A DNA stretch of 64,000 bases, from the NCBI GenBank assembly GCA_964421595.1, contig CAYQXY010000014.1, forward strand, positions 10,536-74,535. Direction: 5' to 3'. The notes below the pieces were generated by a model. The model did no database searches, was not told where the DNA came from, and was given only the letters and a program-made list of their open reading frames with translations. The position numbers and the translations under genes are program-made. Numbering within the stretch: the stretch's first letter is position 1; each line of letters opens with the position of its first letter. Of the stretch, positions 37,045 to 45,103 are shown piece after piece. The stretch is from an uncultured Bacteroidales bacterium. Its GTDB lineage: Bacteria; Bacteroidota; Bacteroidia; Bacteroidales; PUMT01.

Positions 37045-38835
37045 TTATTCTGCCTCCTTCACGTCCGGTTCAATACAAATTACACTTCCTCGGCGGAAAT
37101 ATTTTGTATGAAGAAGATGATGAGCCTTTTCCCCTAGTGGCTGACCAAGGAACTCCTCGTAGAGCTTTATGATTGAAGGATTTTCGTGTGATTTCCTCAC
37201 CGGCTTGTCTTTATCCTCCTGGTAAATCGCTCTCTGCCTGGCTTTAAGTATTTCCGAATTGCCATGATGCAGCGGCTGTCCGCCTCCGCCAATGCAACCT
37301 CCGGGACAAGCCATTATCTCTATGGCATGAAATTCACTTTTTCCTGAACGGATGTCATCAAGAAGTTTTCTCGCATTACCCAGTCCGTGAGCAATACCAA
37401 TCCGCAACGGAAACCCGTCAAAGTCAATTGTAGCCTCGCGTATCCCCTCCATTCCTCTGAGTTGTTCGAAATCAACTTTATCAAGCGTCTTTTTGGTGTG
37501 AAGCTCATAGGCGCTCCTAACGGCCGCTTCAATAACACCTCCGGTGGTACCAAAGATCACTGCTGCACCGGTTGATTCACCCATTGGCATGTCAAAATCC
37601 TGGTCGGGCAGTTTATTGAAATCAATATTAGCCCTTTTAATAAGGTTTGCAAGCTCTCTGGTCGACAAAGAGAAGTCAACATCGGGGTTACCGTTTGTAG
37701 CAAACTCCTCACGGGTACATTCATATTTCTTTGCAACACAAGGCATAATCGAAACTACAACCATATCTTTACGGTCGGTTTTGATCTTCTCGGCAAAGTA
37801 TGTTTTTGCAATTGCTCCGAACATCTGTTGCGGAGATCTTGCAGTTGAAGGAATGTCAAGCATATCCGGAAAGTGATGCTCGAAAAAGCTCACCCACCCC
37901 GGGCAACATGATGTAAGAATAGGCAACTTTGCTGATTTGTCGCCTGCCAGAAACTTACCGAGTCTTGAGAGTATTTCTGCACCCTCTTCCATTATTGTCA
38001 GGTCGGCGGCAAAATCGGTATCAAAAACATAATCAAACTCAAGTTCACGCAAAGCTGCAACCATCTTGCCTGTAACCAGCGTACCCGCCTCCATGCCAAA
38101 CTCCTCGCCGAGTGCCGCCCTTACTGCGGGTGCTGTCTGAACTACGACAGTCTTTGTCGGGTCAGCCAGTGCACGAAGAACCTGGTTGGTGTGATCCACC
38201 TCTGTCAAGGCAGCGGTAGGGCAAACAGCAACACACTGTCCGCAATAGGTACACTCACTATGATCAAGATTTCTTTCAAAAGCCGGAGCGACTACCGCCT
38301 CAAATCCACGGTTAATACCCGAAAGCACACCCACAGTCTGCACATCGTTGCACATTTTCTCACAACGGCGGCACATAATACACTTATCCATGTCCCTTAT
38401 TATCGAAGGAGATGTATCGGGTTTATAAGTTGATTTTTCTCCCTCATAGGGAATTTCCCTGATTCCAAATTTGATGGCCATGCTTTGAAGGTCACATGTT
38501 CCCGATTTGGGACAGGTAAGACATTCAAAAGGATGGTCGGAAAGCATCAGTTCCATTACAGTACGGCGGGCATTCAGCACCCTTATACTATGTGTCTTAA
38601 CCTCCATCCCGTCATGGCAGTCAGTTGCACAGGAAGGAGCAAGATTTCGGCGGCCTTCAACTTCGACAACACAAATACGGCAACCTCCGGGCTTATGTTC
38701 TATGCCCATATCGCCAAGATGCATGTAACAAAGAGTAGGTATTTCAACGCTGATCATTTTCGCAGCCTCAAGGATAGTTGTTCCCTGTTCTACCTCAATC
38801 AGCTTATTATCTATTTTGACTTTAAGTTTTTCCAT
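37045..38835 (-). CDS. hydA: [FeFe]-hydrogenase catalytic subunit (M3 type)
   Basis: 596 aa. The N-terminus carries a 2Fe-2S domain, a His-ligated 4Fe-4S cluster and two 4Fe-4S clusters. The H-cluster motifs TSCCPGW, MPCVAKKYE and EIMACPGGCIGGGGQP are all canonical. Confidence 0.95.
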   Translation of the reverse strand: MEKLKVKIDNKLIEVEQGTTILEAAKMISVEIPTLCYMHLGDMGIEHKPGGCRICVVEVEGRRNLAPSCATDCHDGMEVKTHSIRVLNARRTVMELMLSDHPFECLTCPKSGTCDLQSMAIKFGIREIPYEGEKSTYKPDTSPSIIRDMDKCIMCRRCEKMCNDVQTVGVLSGINRGFEAVVAPAFERNLDHSECTYCGQCVAVCPTAALTEVDHTNQVLRALADPTKTVVVQTAPAVRAALGEEFGMEAGTLVTGKMVAALRELEFDYVFDTDFAADLTIMEEGAEILSRLGKFLAGDKSAKLPILTSCCPGWVSFFEHHFPDMLDIPSTARSPQQMFGAIAKTYFAEKIKTDRKDMVVVSIMPCVAKKYECTREEFATNGNPDVDFSLSTRELANLIKRANIDFNKLPDQDFDMPMGESTGAAVIFGTTGGVIEAAVRSAYELHTKKTLDKVDFEQLRGMEGIREATIDFDGFPLRIGIAHGLGNARKLLDDIRSGKSEFHAIEIMACPGGCIGGGGQPLHHGNSEILKARQRAIYQEDKDKPVRKSHENPSIIKLYEEFLGQPLGEKAHHLLHTKYFRRGSVICIEPDVKEAE

Positions 38836-38851
38836 TATTGTCCTTGAATTA

Positions 38852-40645
38852 TTATGCTATTCTGATAGCGTTAAACTTACACTTGTCGAAGCAGGCTCCG
38901 CACTTGATACACAAGCTCTGATCTATCAGATGGATCTCCTTCCGCTCACCCGAAATACAGTTGACCGGGCAATTACGTGCACAAGCAGTACAACCGACAC
39001 AGTTTTCCGGTATTACTTCATATGTAATAAGCTCCTTGCACTGACCTGCCGGGCATTTATGATCTTCAATATGGGCTATATACTCGGCCATGAAATTATC
39101 CATGGTAGAAAGAACCGGATTTGGAGATGTCTGACCGAGTCCGCAAAGGGAAGTATCCTTTATTACTTCACTCAGGTTCCTGAGTTTATCAAGATCGGCA
39201 TGAGTGCCGTTACCTTTGCTTATCTTGTCGAGCAATTCATAAAGCCTCTTGTTTCCTATACGGCAGGGTGTACATTTTCCGCATGATTCTTCAACCGTAA
39301 AGTCAAGGTAAAATTTCGCAACGGAAACCATACAATCATCTTCATCCATAACAATCATACCGCCCGAACCCATCATCGATCCGCTGGCGAGGAGGTTATC
39401 AAAATCAATTGGTGTGTCAAGATGTTTCTCAGTCAGACATCCACCCGAAGGTCCTCCGGTCTGTACAGCCTTGAATTTTTTTCCGTCTTTTATTCCTCCC
39501 CCAATCTCGAAAATAACTTCACGAAGGGTGGTTCCCATAGGTACTTCAATAAGTCCCACGTTATTGATCTTCCCCGCAAGTGCAAATACCTTTGTACCTT
39601 TCGATTTTTCGGTACCGATAGAGGCAAACCATTTTGCTCCCTTATTGAAAATAACCGGTATGTTTGCAAAAGTCTCAACATTATTAACGTTGGTTGGTTT
39701 GCCAAGGTAACCCGATTGTGCCGGGAATGGCGGCTTGAATGTAGGCTCGCCCCTGTGTCCCTCCATTGAATGGATCAGGGCAGTTTCCTCACCGCAAACA
39801 AATGCACCGGCACCATATCTGATCTCTATATCAAAATTAAAACCTGTGCCCAGTATATCTTTGCCGAGCAAGCCATATTCACGAGCCTGGTTCAATGCGA
39901 TTTTCAATCGTTCTATAGCAAGGGGATATTCAGCCCTTATGTAAACGAGTCCGTGATCAGCCCCGATACAATAACCATTTATTGCCATTGCCTCAATAAC
40001 CGAATGAGGATCACCTTCGAGGATTGACCTGTCCATGAATGCCCCCGGGTCGCCCTCATCAGCATTACAAACCACATATTTCTGATCTGATTCTACCTTG
40101 CGTGCGATTCCCCACTTTACGCCTGTTGGAAAACCACCGCCTCCGCGCCCTCTAAGGCCTGAGTCAATCATCTCCTGAGTTGCGGTTTCAGGCGTCATTT
40201 CAGTCAGCACCTTTCCCAGCGCGGCATAGCCATCTGCAGCAAGATACTCATCAATATTCTCAGGATTAATAAATCCGCAGTTCCGCAATGCAATCCGGAT
40301 CTGTTTTTTATAGAATCCCATATGCTTTGAGTCACTTACAGTCTCCTTTTTAACTGGATCCTTGTAAAGAAGACGCTTAACCTGACGCCCTTTAACAGCA
40401 TGTTCCTCTATTATTTCGGCTGCATCGACAGGTTTTACCTCGGTATAAAATGTGTTGTCGGGAATCACCTTTACTATCGGCCCTTTTTCACAGAAACCAA
40501 AACAGCCTGTTGCGATTACCTGTACATCACCTGACAGAGCTTTAACGTCAACCTCCTGTTTAAGATTCTCAAGAAGCAGGTTACTCTCTGAAGCATGACA
40601 GCCGGTACCACCGCATACAAGGATGTGCATTTTGTATTTAGACAT
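38852..40645 (-). CDS. hydB: [FeFe]-hydrogenase NuoF-like flavin/NAD(P)H-binding subunit (HydB/HndC)
   Basis: 597 aa. It has an N-terminal thioredoxin-like 2Fe-2S domain (ILVCGGTGCHAS), the NuoF core (GLRGRGGGGFPTG, CNADEGDPGAF, ESCGKCTPCR) and two C-terminal 4Fe-4S ferredoxin motifs. Confidence 0.93.
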   Translation of the reverse strand: MSKYKMHILVCGGTGCHASESNLLLENLKQEVDVKALSGDVQVIATGCFGFCEKGPIVKVIPDNTFYTEVKPVDAAEIIEEHAVKGRQVKRLLYKDPVKKETVSDSKHMGFYKKQIRIALRNCGFINPENIDEYLAADGYAALGKVLTEMTPETATQEMIDSGLRGRGGGGFPTGVKWGIARKVESDQKYVVCNADEGDPGAFMDRSILEGDPHSVIEAMAINGYCIGADHGLVYIRAEYPLAIERLKIALNQAREYGLLGKDILGTGFNFDIEIRYGAGAFVCGEETALIHSMEGHRGEPTFKPPFPAQSGYLGKPTNVNNVETFANIPVIFNKGAKWFASIGTEKSKGTKVFALAGKINNVGLIEVPMGTTLREVIFEIGGGIKDGKKFKAVQTGGPSGGCLTEKHLDTPIDFDNLLASGSMMGSGGMIVMDEDDCMVSVAKFYLDFTVEESCGKCTPCRIGNKRLYELLDKISKGNGTHADLDKLRNLSEVIKDTSLCGLGQTSPNPVLSTMDNFMAEYIAHIEDHKCPAGQCKELITYEVIPENCVGCTACARNCPVNCISGERKEIHLIDQSLCIKCGACFDKCKFNAIRIA

Positions 40646-40671
40646 TTTTAAATTCCTCCTGAATAGTTATT

Positions 40672-41064
40672 TTAATCAATAGTTTCATAATTCACCGGAA
40701 TGATGCCGTCAACCAGCTCACCCAGCTTAATATATTTTTCAATTATCTCGTCTGCTTTCTTCAGATCGACATAGCCGTAAACAACCGGGTCCTGACCGGG
40801 AAGTTTTACTTCAATTGTCGGTTCTGCATAACAATATCCCATGCATCCGGTCTGGGTAACCACAGCTTCAATATTGCGTTTTTCCAGGTTACCAACCATA
40901 AACTCCATTACTTCCTTTGCTCCTGATGCAATTCCACAGGTGGCCATGGCAACCTTTACCTGAACCAATCCCTCGGGATGTTCACTTTTCTCTCTTAAAG
41001 AAATATTAGACCGCAGTTGATCCTGCATTTTCTTCAGGTCTGCCAGTGATTTAACTTTTGTCAT
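40672..41064 (-). CDS. Small thioredoxin-like [2Fe-2S] ferredoxin subunit (HndB-like)
   Basis: 130 aa with the cysteine pattern MATCGIASGA...TGCMGYCYAEP. It is the first gene of the structural block. Confidence 0.78.
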   Translation of the reverse strand: MTKVKSLADLKKMQDQLRSNISLREKSEHPEGLVQVKVAMATCGIASGAKEVMEFMVGNLEKRNIEAVVTQTGCMGYCYAEPTIEVKLPGQDPVVYGYVDLKKADEIIEKYIKLGELVDGIIPVNYETID

Positions 41065-41109
41065 TTTGAAGTATTTTGTATGTTAAAAATATTTTTCTTT
41101 CCGGGGACA

Positions 41110-41117
41110 CAAATGTA
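41110..41117 (-). promoter_or_regulatory. Candidate internal -7 promoter box for the structural hydrogenase genes
   Basis: The minus strand reads TACATTTG (TAnnTTTG). It lies in the 93-nt gap between the GHKL ATPase gene and the HndB-like gene, about 45 nt upstream of the ATG at 41064. Confidence 0.35.
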
Positions 41118-41157
41118 TTTCAATTTAAATATATATAATATGATTTTTATTACTGTT

Positions 41158-41706
41158 TCACAGAGTATCTGAAAGATCAGCCAAATTCTCCTTTATCATC
41201 TCCTTCATATACCTTATAACTGCAGGCTCACTAAGTGGAACTTCCTCGAGAACTTCTTTAACTTCCCTTGTATCAAATACATATGATGATTTACCGATAT
41301 TGTGACGATATTTAAAATCCAGTCCCGGATTAGCACCTGCAAGCATGCTTATTACACCTGCAATATCACCTGTTGGCGGGCAATCCATATGAGAACGACA
41401 AAATTTAGCAGTCAGCCGGGTGCCGGTTCCCGGTTCAGAAATTATCTCCAGACTACCGCCTGCCTGTTCAGCATTGTGCTTAAACAGAGGTATACCCATT
41501 CCAACCTTCCTTGTGGTCCTGCTTGTATAATACGGGTCAGAAACCCTTTCCACCACCTCCCTTGTCATTCCCCTTCCATTATCTTCTATTGCTATAATCA
41601 GTTCATCTTTCTCGGGTGATTCCATGATTTCAATATCAATACAAGATGCCCCGGCAGAAATAGAATTCTGTGCAATATCAAGAATATGAAGCGCAATTTC
41701 TTTCAT
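41158..41706 (-). CDS. GHKL (histidine-kinase-like) ATPase domain protein, stand-alone
   Basis: 182 aa with an N box (HILDIAQNSISAGA), G1 (EDNGRGM) and G2 (VGMGIPL...EPGTGTR). There is no HisKA/DHp or sensor domain. Its start overlaps the PHP stop by 4 nt. Confidence 0.75.
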   Translation of the reverse strand: MKEIALHILDIAQNSISAGASCIDIEIMESPEKDELIIAIEDNGRGMTREVVERVSDPYYTSRTTRKVGMGIPLFKHNAEQAGGSLEIISEPGTGTRLTAKFCRSHMDCPPTGDIAGVISMLAGANPGLDFKYRHNIGKSSYVFDTREVKEVLEEVPLSEPAVIRYMKEMIKENLADLSDTL

Positions 41707-42443
41707 GGGAAAATCACTTTTCTTCCTCCTTCATTGGCAAGAGCCATCCTGATTTCGGAAAAGCTTATTTCCTGTAATTGGAATACCGAAGGGGCAATTC
41801 CAATATCTTCAGGAAAATGAGCGTCAGAACTATGTAAAAATGTATAATCTTTAAGATATTGATTTGAACCGAGAAACTCCTCCTTGCTTATATGACGTGA
41901 TAATTCAAGTGCGTCTGCCTTGAGACCGGACGGAACAAATCCAAGCTGGCTGATCAGGCTGTTGCGTGTCCGGTTTATATGTGCAGGGATAAACAATCCC
42001 CCGAGCATATGAACCATTTGCTCTATCTCTTCTACACTCTGATCTATTGCATTAAACAATAAATTCTCCTCTTCATGCAGTATTATTTCATTTTCATCGA
42101 CTACCACCTGATGTCCGAAGCGCTGAGTATCATTGGGGAAAGGGATAATCTTTTCATCCAGATATTTCTGGAAATCAGTCAACTGATCATTATTCTCAAA
42201 GAATGCGAGGCAATGTGCTTCCTCCCTGCTGGTTACCTCGGCGCCTGTTAGTACGAATATCTTTTCTTCAATTCCAATCTTGCGCATCAGTGGGCCATGC
42301 TTTGTAGAATTATGGTCGCTTATCCCTATTATATCCAGTTTCATTTCCAGGGCACGTTTGATGATGTTGCGCGGACTCATCTCCAGGTCACCGCAGGGTG
42401 ACAGGACTGAATGAATGTGTAAATCTGCCCTGAACTCTTTCAT
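41703..42443 (-). CDS. PHP-domain metal-dependent phosphoesterase
   Basis: 246 aa with DLHIHSVLSPCGD, GISDHNS, PAHINR and HSSDAH, which are the classical PHP His/Asp ligand blocks. Confidence 0.85.
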   Translation of the reverse strand: MKEFRADLHIHSVLSPCGDLEMSPRNIIKRALEMKLDIIGISDHNSTKHGPLMRKIGIEEKIFVLTGAEVTSREEAHCLAFFENNDQLTDFQKYLDEKIIPFPNDTQRFGHQVVVDENEIILHEEENLLFNAIDQSVEEIEQMVHMLGGLFIPAHINRTRNSLISQLGFVPSGLKADALELSRHISKEEFLGSNQYLKDYTFLHSSDAHFPEDIGIAPSVFQLQEISFSEIRMALANEGGRKVIFP

Positions 42444-42448
42444 AGTTT

Positions 42449-42781
42449 TTATTTAATAAGGGCATGCAGTTTCCCTGCAAGCTCAAATGTCTGTAAAGTG
42501 CTGCCAAGAACCGGAATGTTTTCCTTGTTGCTCTGTGCTGCCATATCAGGATCAGGCTTAAGACCCTTGACCAGTATGACGGCTGCAAGATCCTTCAGCG
42601 ATGATATCGCCATAACGTTTTTATGGGTCTGCAGAGTAATCCATACCATACCGTTATCAGCATTACCCATGACATCGCTTAACAGATCAGATACATATCC
42701 TCCGTCAACCTCATTATCAAGTCCCTTGTCGCCCGAAAACACCGTTAATTCAAGCTTTTTAACCAAATCGGCTACTTTCAT
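42449..42781 (-). CDS. Small DRTGG-like domain protein (copy 2)
   Basis: I moved the start to the ATG at 42781 (MKVADLVKKL...), because the track start 42829 would overlap the upstream gene. It is about 110 aa. It is a paralogue of the 44642..44986 product (shared DLLSDVM/DLMSDVL and VxITxxxxxxxxxxA blocks). The DRTGG assignment comes from my memory of similar Firmicute hydrogenase loci. Confidence 0.6.
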   Translation of the reverse strand: MKVADLVKKLELTVFSGDKGLDNEVDGGYVSDLLSDVMGNADNGMVWITLQTHKNVMAISSLKDLAAVILVKGLKPDPDMAAQSNKENIPVLGSTLQTFELAGKLHALIK

Positions 42782-42822
42782 GATGTAAATTATTAAAAAT
42801 TTATAACTGAATAATTGAAATA

Positions 42823-44190
42823 TCAACAATTTTTATCAAGCTTATCACTTCCCCATATCCCTTTCATTATGCTGAAGGACTCTTCGGCCGATAATATACC
42901 TTTCTTCTCAAAGATCCTCTGTACAAATACACACTGGTTGACCTTTGCATAACCCTGAACAATATCTTCGGCAAATGACTGACAATTAGGTGAACCGCAT
43001 GCGCCACAATCGACGTCAGGAAGACACTTCCCGATTTCCTCAACCCTTTTCATTTTCTTCAGGGCCTCTGACATATCCTCATCGAGTTTAAGCATTGAAC
43101 GTGGCTGTACCGGCTGCAAGGCGATCTTTAGCTTTAGCCTGCTTTTCTTGTGGAAAATGTCTGTGCTGCCACCTGGTATCTTTCTTTCACTCTCCGGCCC
43201 TGCCTTGGCTGCACGATTTTTTAACCGTTCAACAGTAAAGAAGCGGTTGGCAGTGGTCAGAACTCCCCCCGCACAGCTTTCATCACATGCCCGAAGCTCA
43301 AGGAAATCGATATCCTTCATTTCCTCATTTTCGAGCTGTTCAAGGAAATTTATTACATTGTGGATCTCATCAACCGCCATACTCCTTCCCTTCGCATGCG
43401 CCGATTCACCATTTGTAAGGCTCCAGAGTATCGACTTGTCTGACAACTCCCTTAATTCCGGCACGATACAAGAATCTCCTTTTCCCTGCTTTATTTTTGT
43501 ATAAGCTTTGTTAAAGATGAAATTCATATTTATGACACCGGTAATGGGAGAATCTTTTTCACCTACCGGACTTTTTACTGCAGCTATTTTTGCAGCACAG
43601 GGGGTTATGTAGAAAATTCCGATATCATTTTTATCATGACCGTCTTCAATCAGTTGCTTCCTGAAATACAGTGCCGATACATCAAGTGGTGGTTTAAGAT
43701 GGATAAGGTTGTCTACAAGAGCAGGGAATTTTACCTGAATCAGCCGGACTATCGCAGGACAAAAAGCTGATATCAAAGGCTTTGTTCCCCTGTGTTTCTC
43801 CATGTACTCCATCATTGCCTCATGCAGGATCTCTACCCCCTGCTCAACTTCATATACATGAGTAAAACCAAGTTCCATGAGTTCACTGTGGATCTGCCTG
43901 GTAGTAATGTTATCAGGAAATTGCCCGGTCAGAACAGCCGGAACCAGTGCCAATCTTATCTTGTACTCAAATATCCTGTTAAAGTCATCCTGTTCGACAA
44001 TGATTGCACTTACCGGACATACCCTGTAGCAGAATCCACAATCTACACACCGGTTATCAATCAGAATGGCTTTGCCATCCTTCACACGTATAGCCTCCGT
44101 CGGGCATATATGCATACAGTGAGTGCAGCCTATGCAGACATCTTTACGAATCTTGAGTGCATGATGAAAATCTGGATTCTTCACGCCCAT
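42823..44190 (-). CDS. HydA-like putative sensory [FeFe]-hydrogenase (HydS-like, no PAS/output domain)
   Basis: 455 aa. The N-terminus has two 4Fe-4S motifs (CIGCTHCMHICP, CVDCGFCYRVCP). The H-domain keeps its cluster cysteines but in altered motifs: SAFCPAIV, ITPCAAKIAA and ELRACDESCAGG. The C-terminus has the CGACGSPNC Fe-S motif. Confidence 0.8.
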   Translation of the reverse strand: MGVKNPDFHHALKIRKDVCIGCTHCMHICPTEAIRVKDGKAILIDNRCVDCGFCYRVCPVSAIIVEQDDFNRIFEYKIRLALVPAVLTGQFPDNITTRQIHSELMELGFTHVYEVEQGVEILHEAMMEYMEKHRGTKPLISAFCPAIVRLIQVKFPALVDNLIHLKPPLDVSALYFRKQLIEDGHDKNDIGIFYITPCAAKIAAVKSPVGEKDSPITGVINMNFIFNKAYTKIKQGKGDSCIVPELRELSDKSILWSLTNGESAHAKGRSMAVDEIHNVINFLEQLENEEMKDIDFLELRACDESCAGGVLTTANRFFTVERLKNRAAKAGPESERKIPGGSTDIFHKKSRLKLKIALQPVQPRSMLKLDEDMSEALKKMKRVEEIGKCLPDVDCGACGSPNCQSFAEDIVQGYAKVNQCVFVQRIFEKKGILSAEESFSIMKGIWGSDKLDKNC

Positions 44191-44609
44191 TTCCCTCCGG
44201 TTATATTAGTAATCATTTCTACTCTTGTTCCCTTACCCACCTCACTACTTATATTAAGATGATCAACATTTTTCTTAATATTAGGAAGCCCCATCCCAGC
44301 TCCGAAACCCATTTCCCTGACTTCCTGCGATGCTGTTGAGAAACCCTCCACCATAGCCTGATCTATATCGGGAATGCCCGGTCCTGAGTCTTCAAGTACC
44401 AGAACGATTCTCTCTTCATCAATCTCGACCTTCATTACCCCGCTATAGGCGTGGGCTACAATATTGACTTCAGCTTCATAAAGAGCAACAACCACCCTCT
44501 TGACAATTTGCAGATCGACATTCAGCTGCTTCAGTTTTTTTTTCACTTCACTTGAAGCATATCCAGCTTTTGAAAAATTCCCCCCTTCTATTTCATACTC
44601 AAATTGCAT
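44181..44609 (-). CDS. RsbW/SpoIIAB-like GHKL serine-kinase/anti-sigma-type protein
   Basis: 142 aa with EAEVNIVAHA (N box), EDSGPGI (G1) and GFGAGMGLPNI...GKGTRVE (G2). Its 3' end overlaps the HydS-like start by 10 nt. Confidence 0.72.
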   Translation of the reverse strand: MQFEYEIEGGNFSKAGYASSEVKKKLKQLNVDLQIVKRVVVALYEAEVNIVAHAYSGVMKVEIDEERIVLVLEDSGPGIPDIDQAMVEGFSTASQEVREMGFGAGMGLPNIKKNVDHLNISSEVGKGTRVEMITNITGGKWA

Positions 44610-44641
44610 AATAAGGCAGTTAAATTAATAACTCTCCGGCT

Positions 44642-44986
44642 CTAATAAACCGGTTTCAGGCCTGACTGAAAAAGCAACCCGCTGGTGCGGAACATCGAGT
44701 ATCTGCATTCGATAAGATCTATACCACTTTCCAGAGCAAGTTCAGCCATTTCAGGAGTGACCTTTTTGTTCCTTGCAAATATAATACAGTTTATATCAGC
44801 CATCTCTGCTGTCCTTATTGTTTGCAAGGTAGCAAGTCCTGTTATTAAAACCACATTATCATTTTTAAGTGTAAGCACATCACTCATCAGATCAGATGAG
44901 AAAGCCATATCAAACGATTTATCGTCGCTGTTTCCATTGGAAATTATCCTACCGTCAATTGTCTTTGCTATTTCTTGCAGCTTCAT
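44642..44986 (-). CDS. Small DRTGG-like domain protein (copy 1), first gene of the operon
   Basis: 114 aa and a paralogue of the 42449..42781 product. Confidence 0.6.
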   Translation of the reverse strand: MKLQEIAKTIDGRIISNGNSDDKSFDMAFSSDLMSDVLTLKNDNVVLITGLATLQTIRTAEMADINCIIFARNKKVTPEMAELALESGIDLIECRYSMFRTSGLLFQSGLKPVY

Positions 44987-45011
44987 AATCAGGCTTGTTT
45001 ATTACTTTCTT

Positions 45012-45029
45012 CTGTTATTAAATTAACAG
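45012..45029. promoter_or_regulatory. Rex-like inverted repeat, box 1
   Basis: CTGTTAT-TAAA-TTAACAG matches 11 of the 14 defined positions of TTGTTAA-N4-TTAACAA. It overlaps the predicted transcription start just downstream of the -7 box. Confidence 0.45.
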
Positions 45030-45031
45030 TA

Positions 45032-45039
45032 CAAAAATA
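45032..45039 (-). promoter_or_regulatory. Candidate -7 promoter box of the hydrogenase regulatory/structural operon
   Basis: The minus strand reads TATTTTTG (TAnnTTTG). A TTG lies about 20 nt upstream (ACTTGCAT). The box is 46 nt upstream of the first ATG (44986). Confidence 0.45.
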
Positions 45040-45067
45040 ATCACTCTAATTCTGATATGCAAGTTTT

Positions 45068-45085
45068 TTGTTAATTAATTAACAC
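45068..45085. promoter_or_regulatory. Rex-like inverted repeat, box 2
   Basis: TTGTTAA-TTAA-TTAACAC matches 13 of the 14 defined positions of the clostridial-type Rex consensus TTGTTAA-N4-TTAACAA. Confidence 0.55.
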
Positions 45086-45103
45086 TGTTAATCAATTAAC
45101 AGT
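45086..45103. promoter_or_regulatory. Rex-like inverted repeat, box 3 (directly abuts box 2)
   Basis: CTGTTAA-TCAA-TTAACAG is a perfect 7+7 palindrome and matches 12 of 14 consensus positions. Confidence 0.5.

Noticed and set aside
38816-39286. 156-aa plus-strand ORF, with many 60-120-aa ORFs across 37.3-40.0 kb
   Set aside because: All are antisense to hydA and hydB, which carry canonical cluster motifs.
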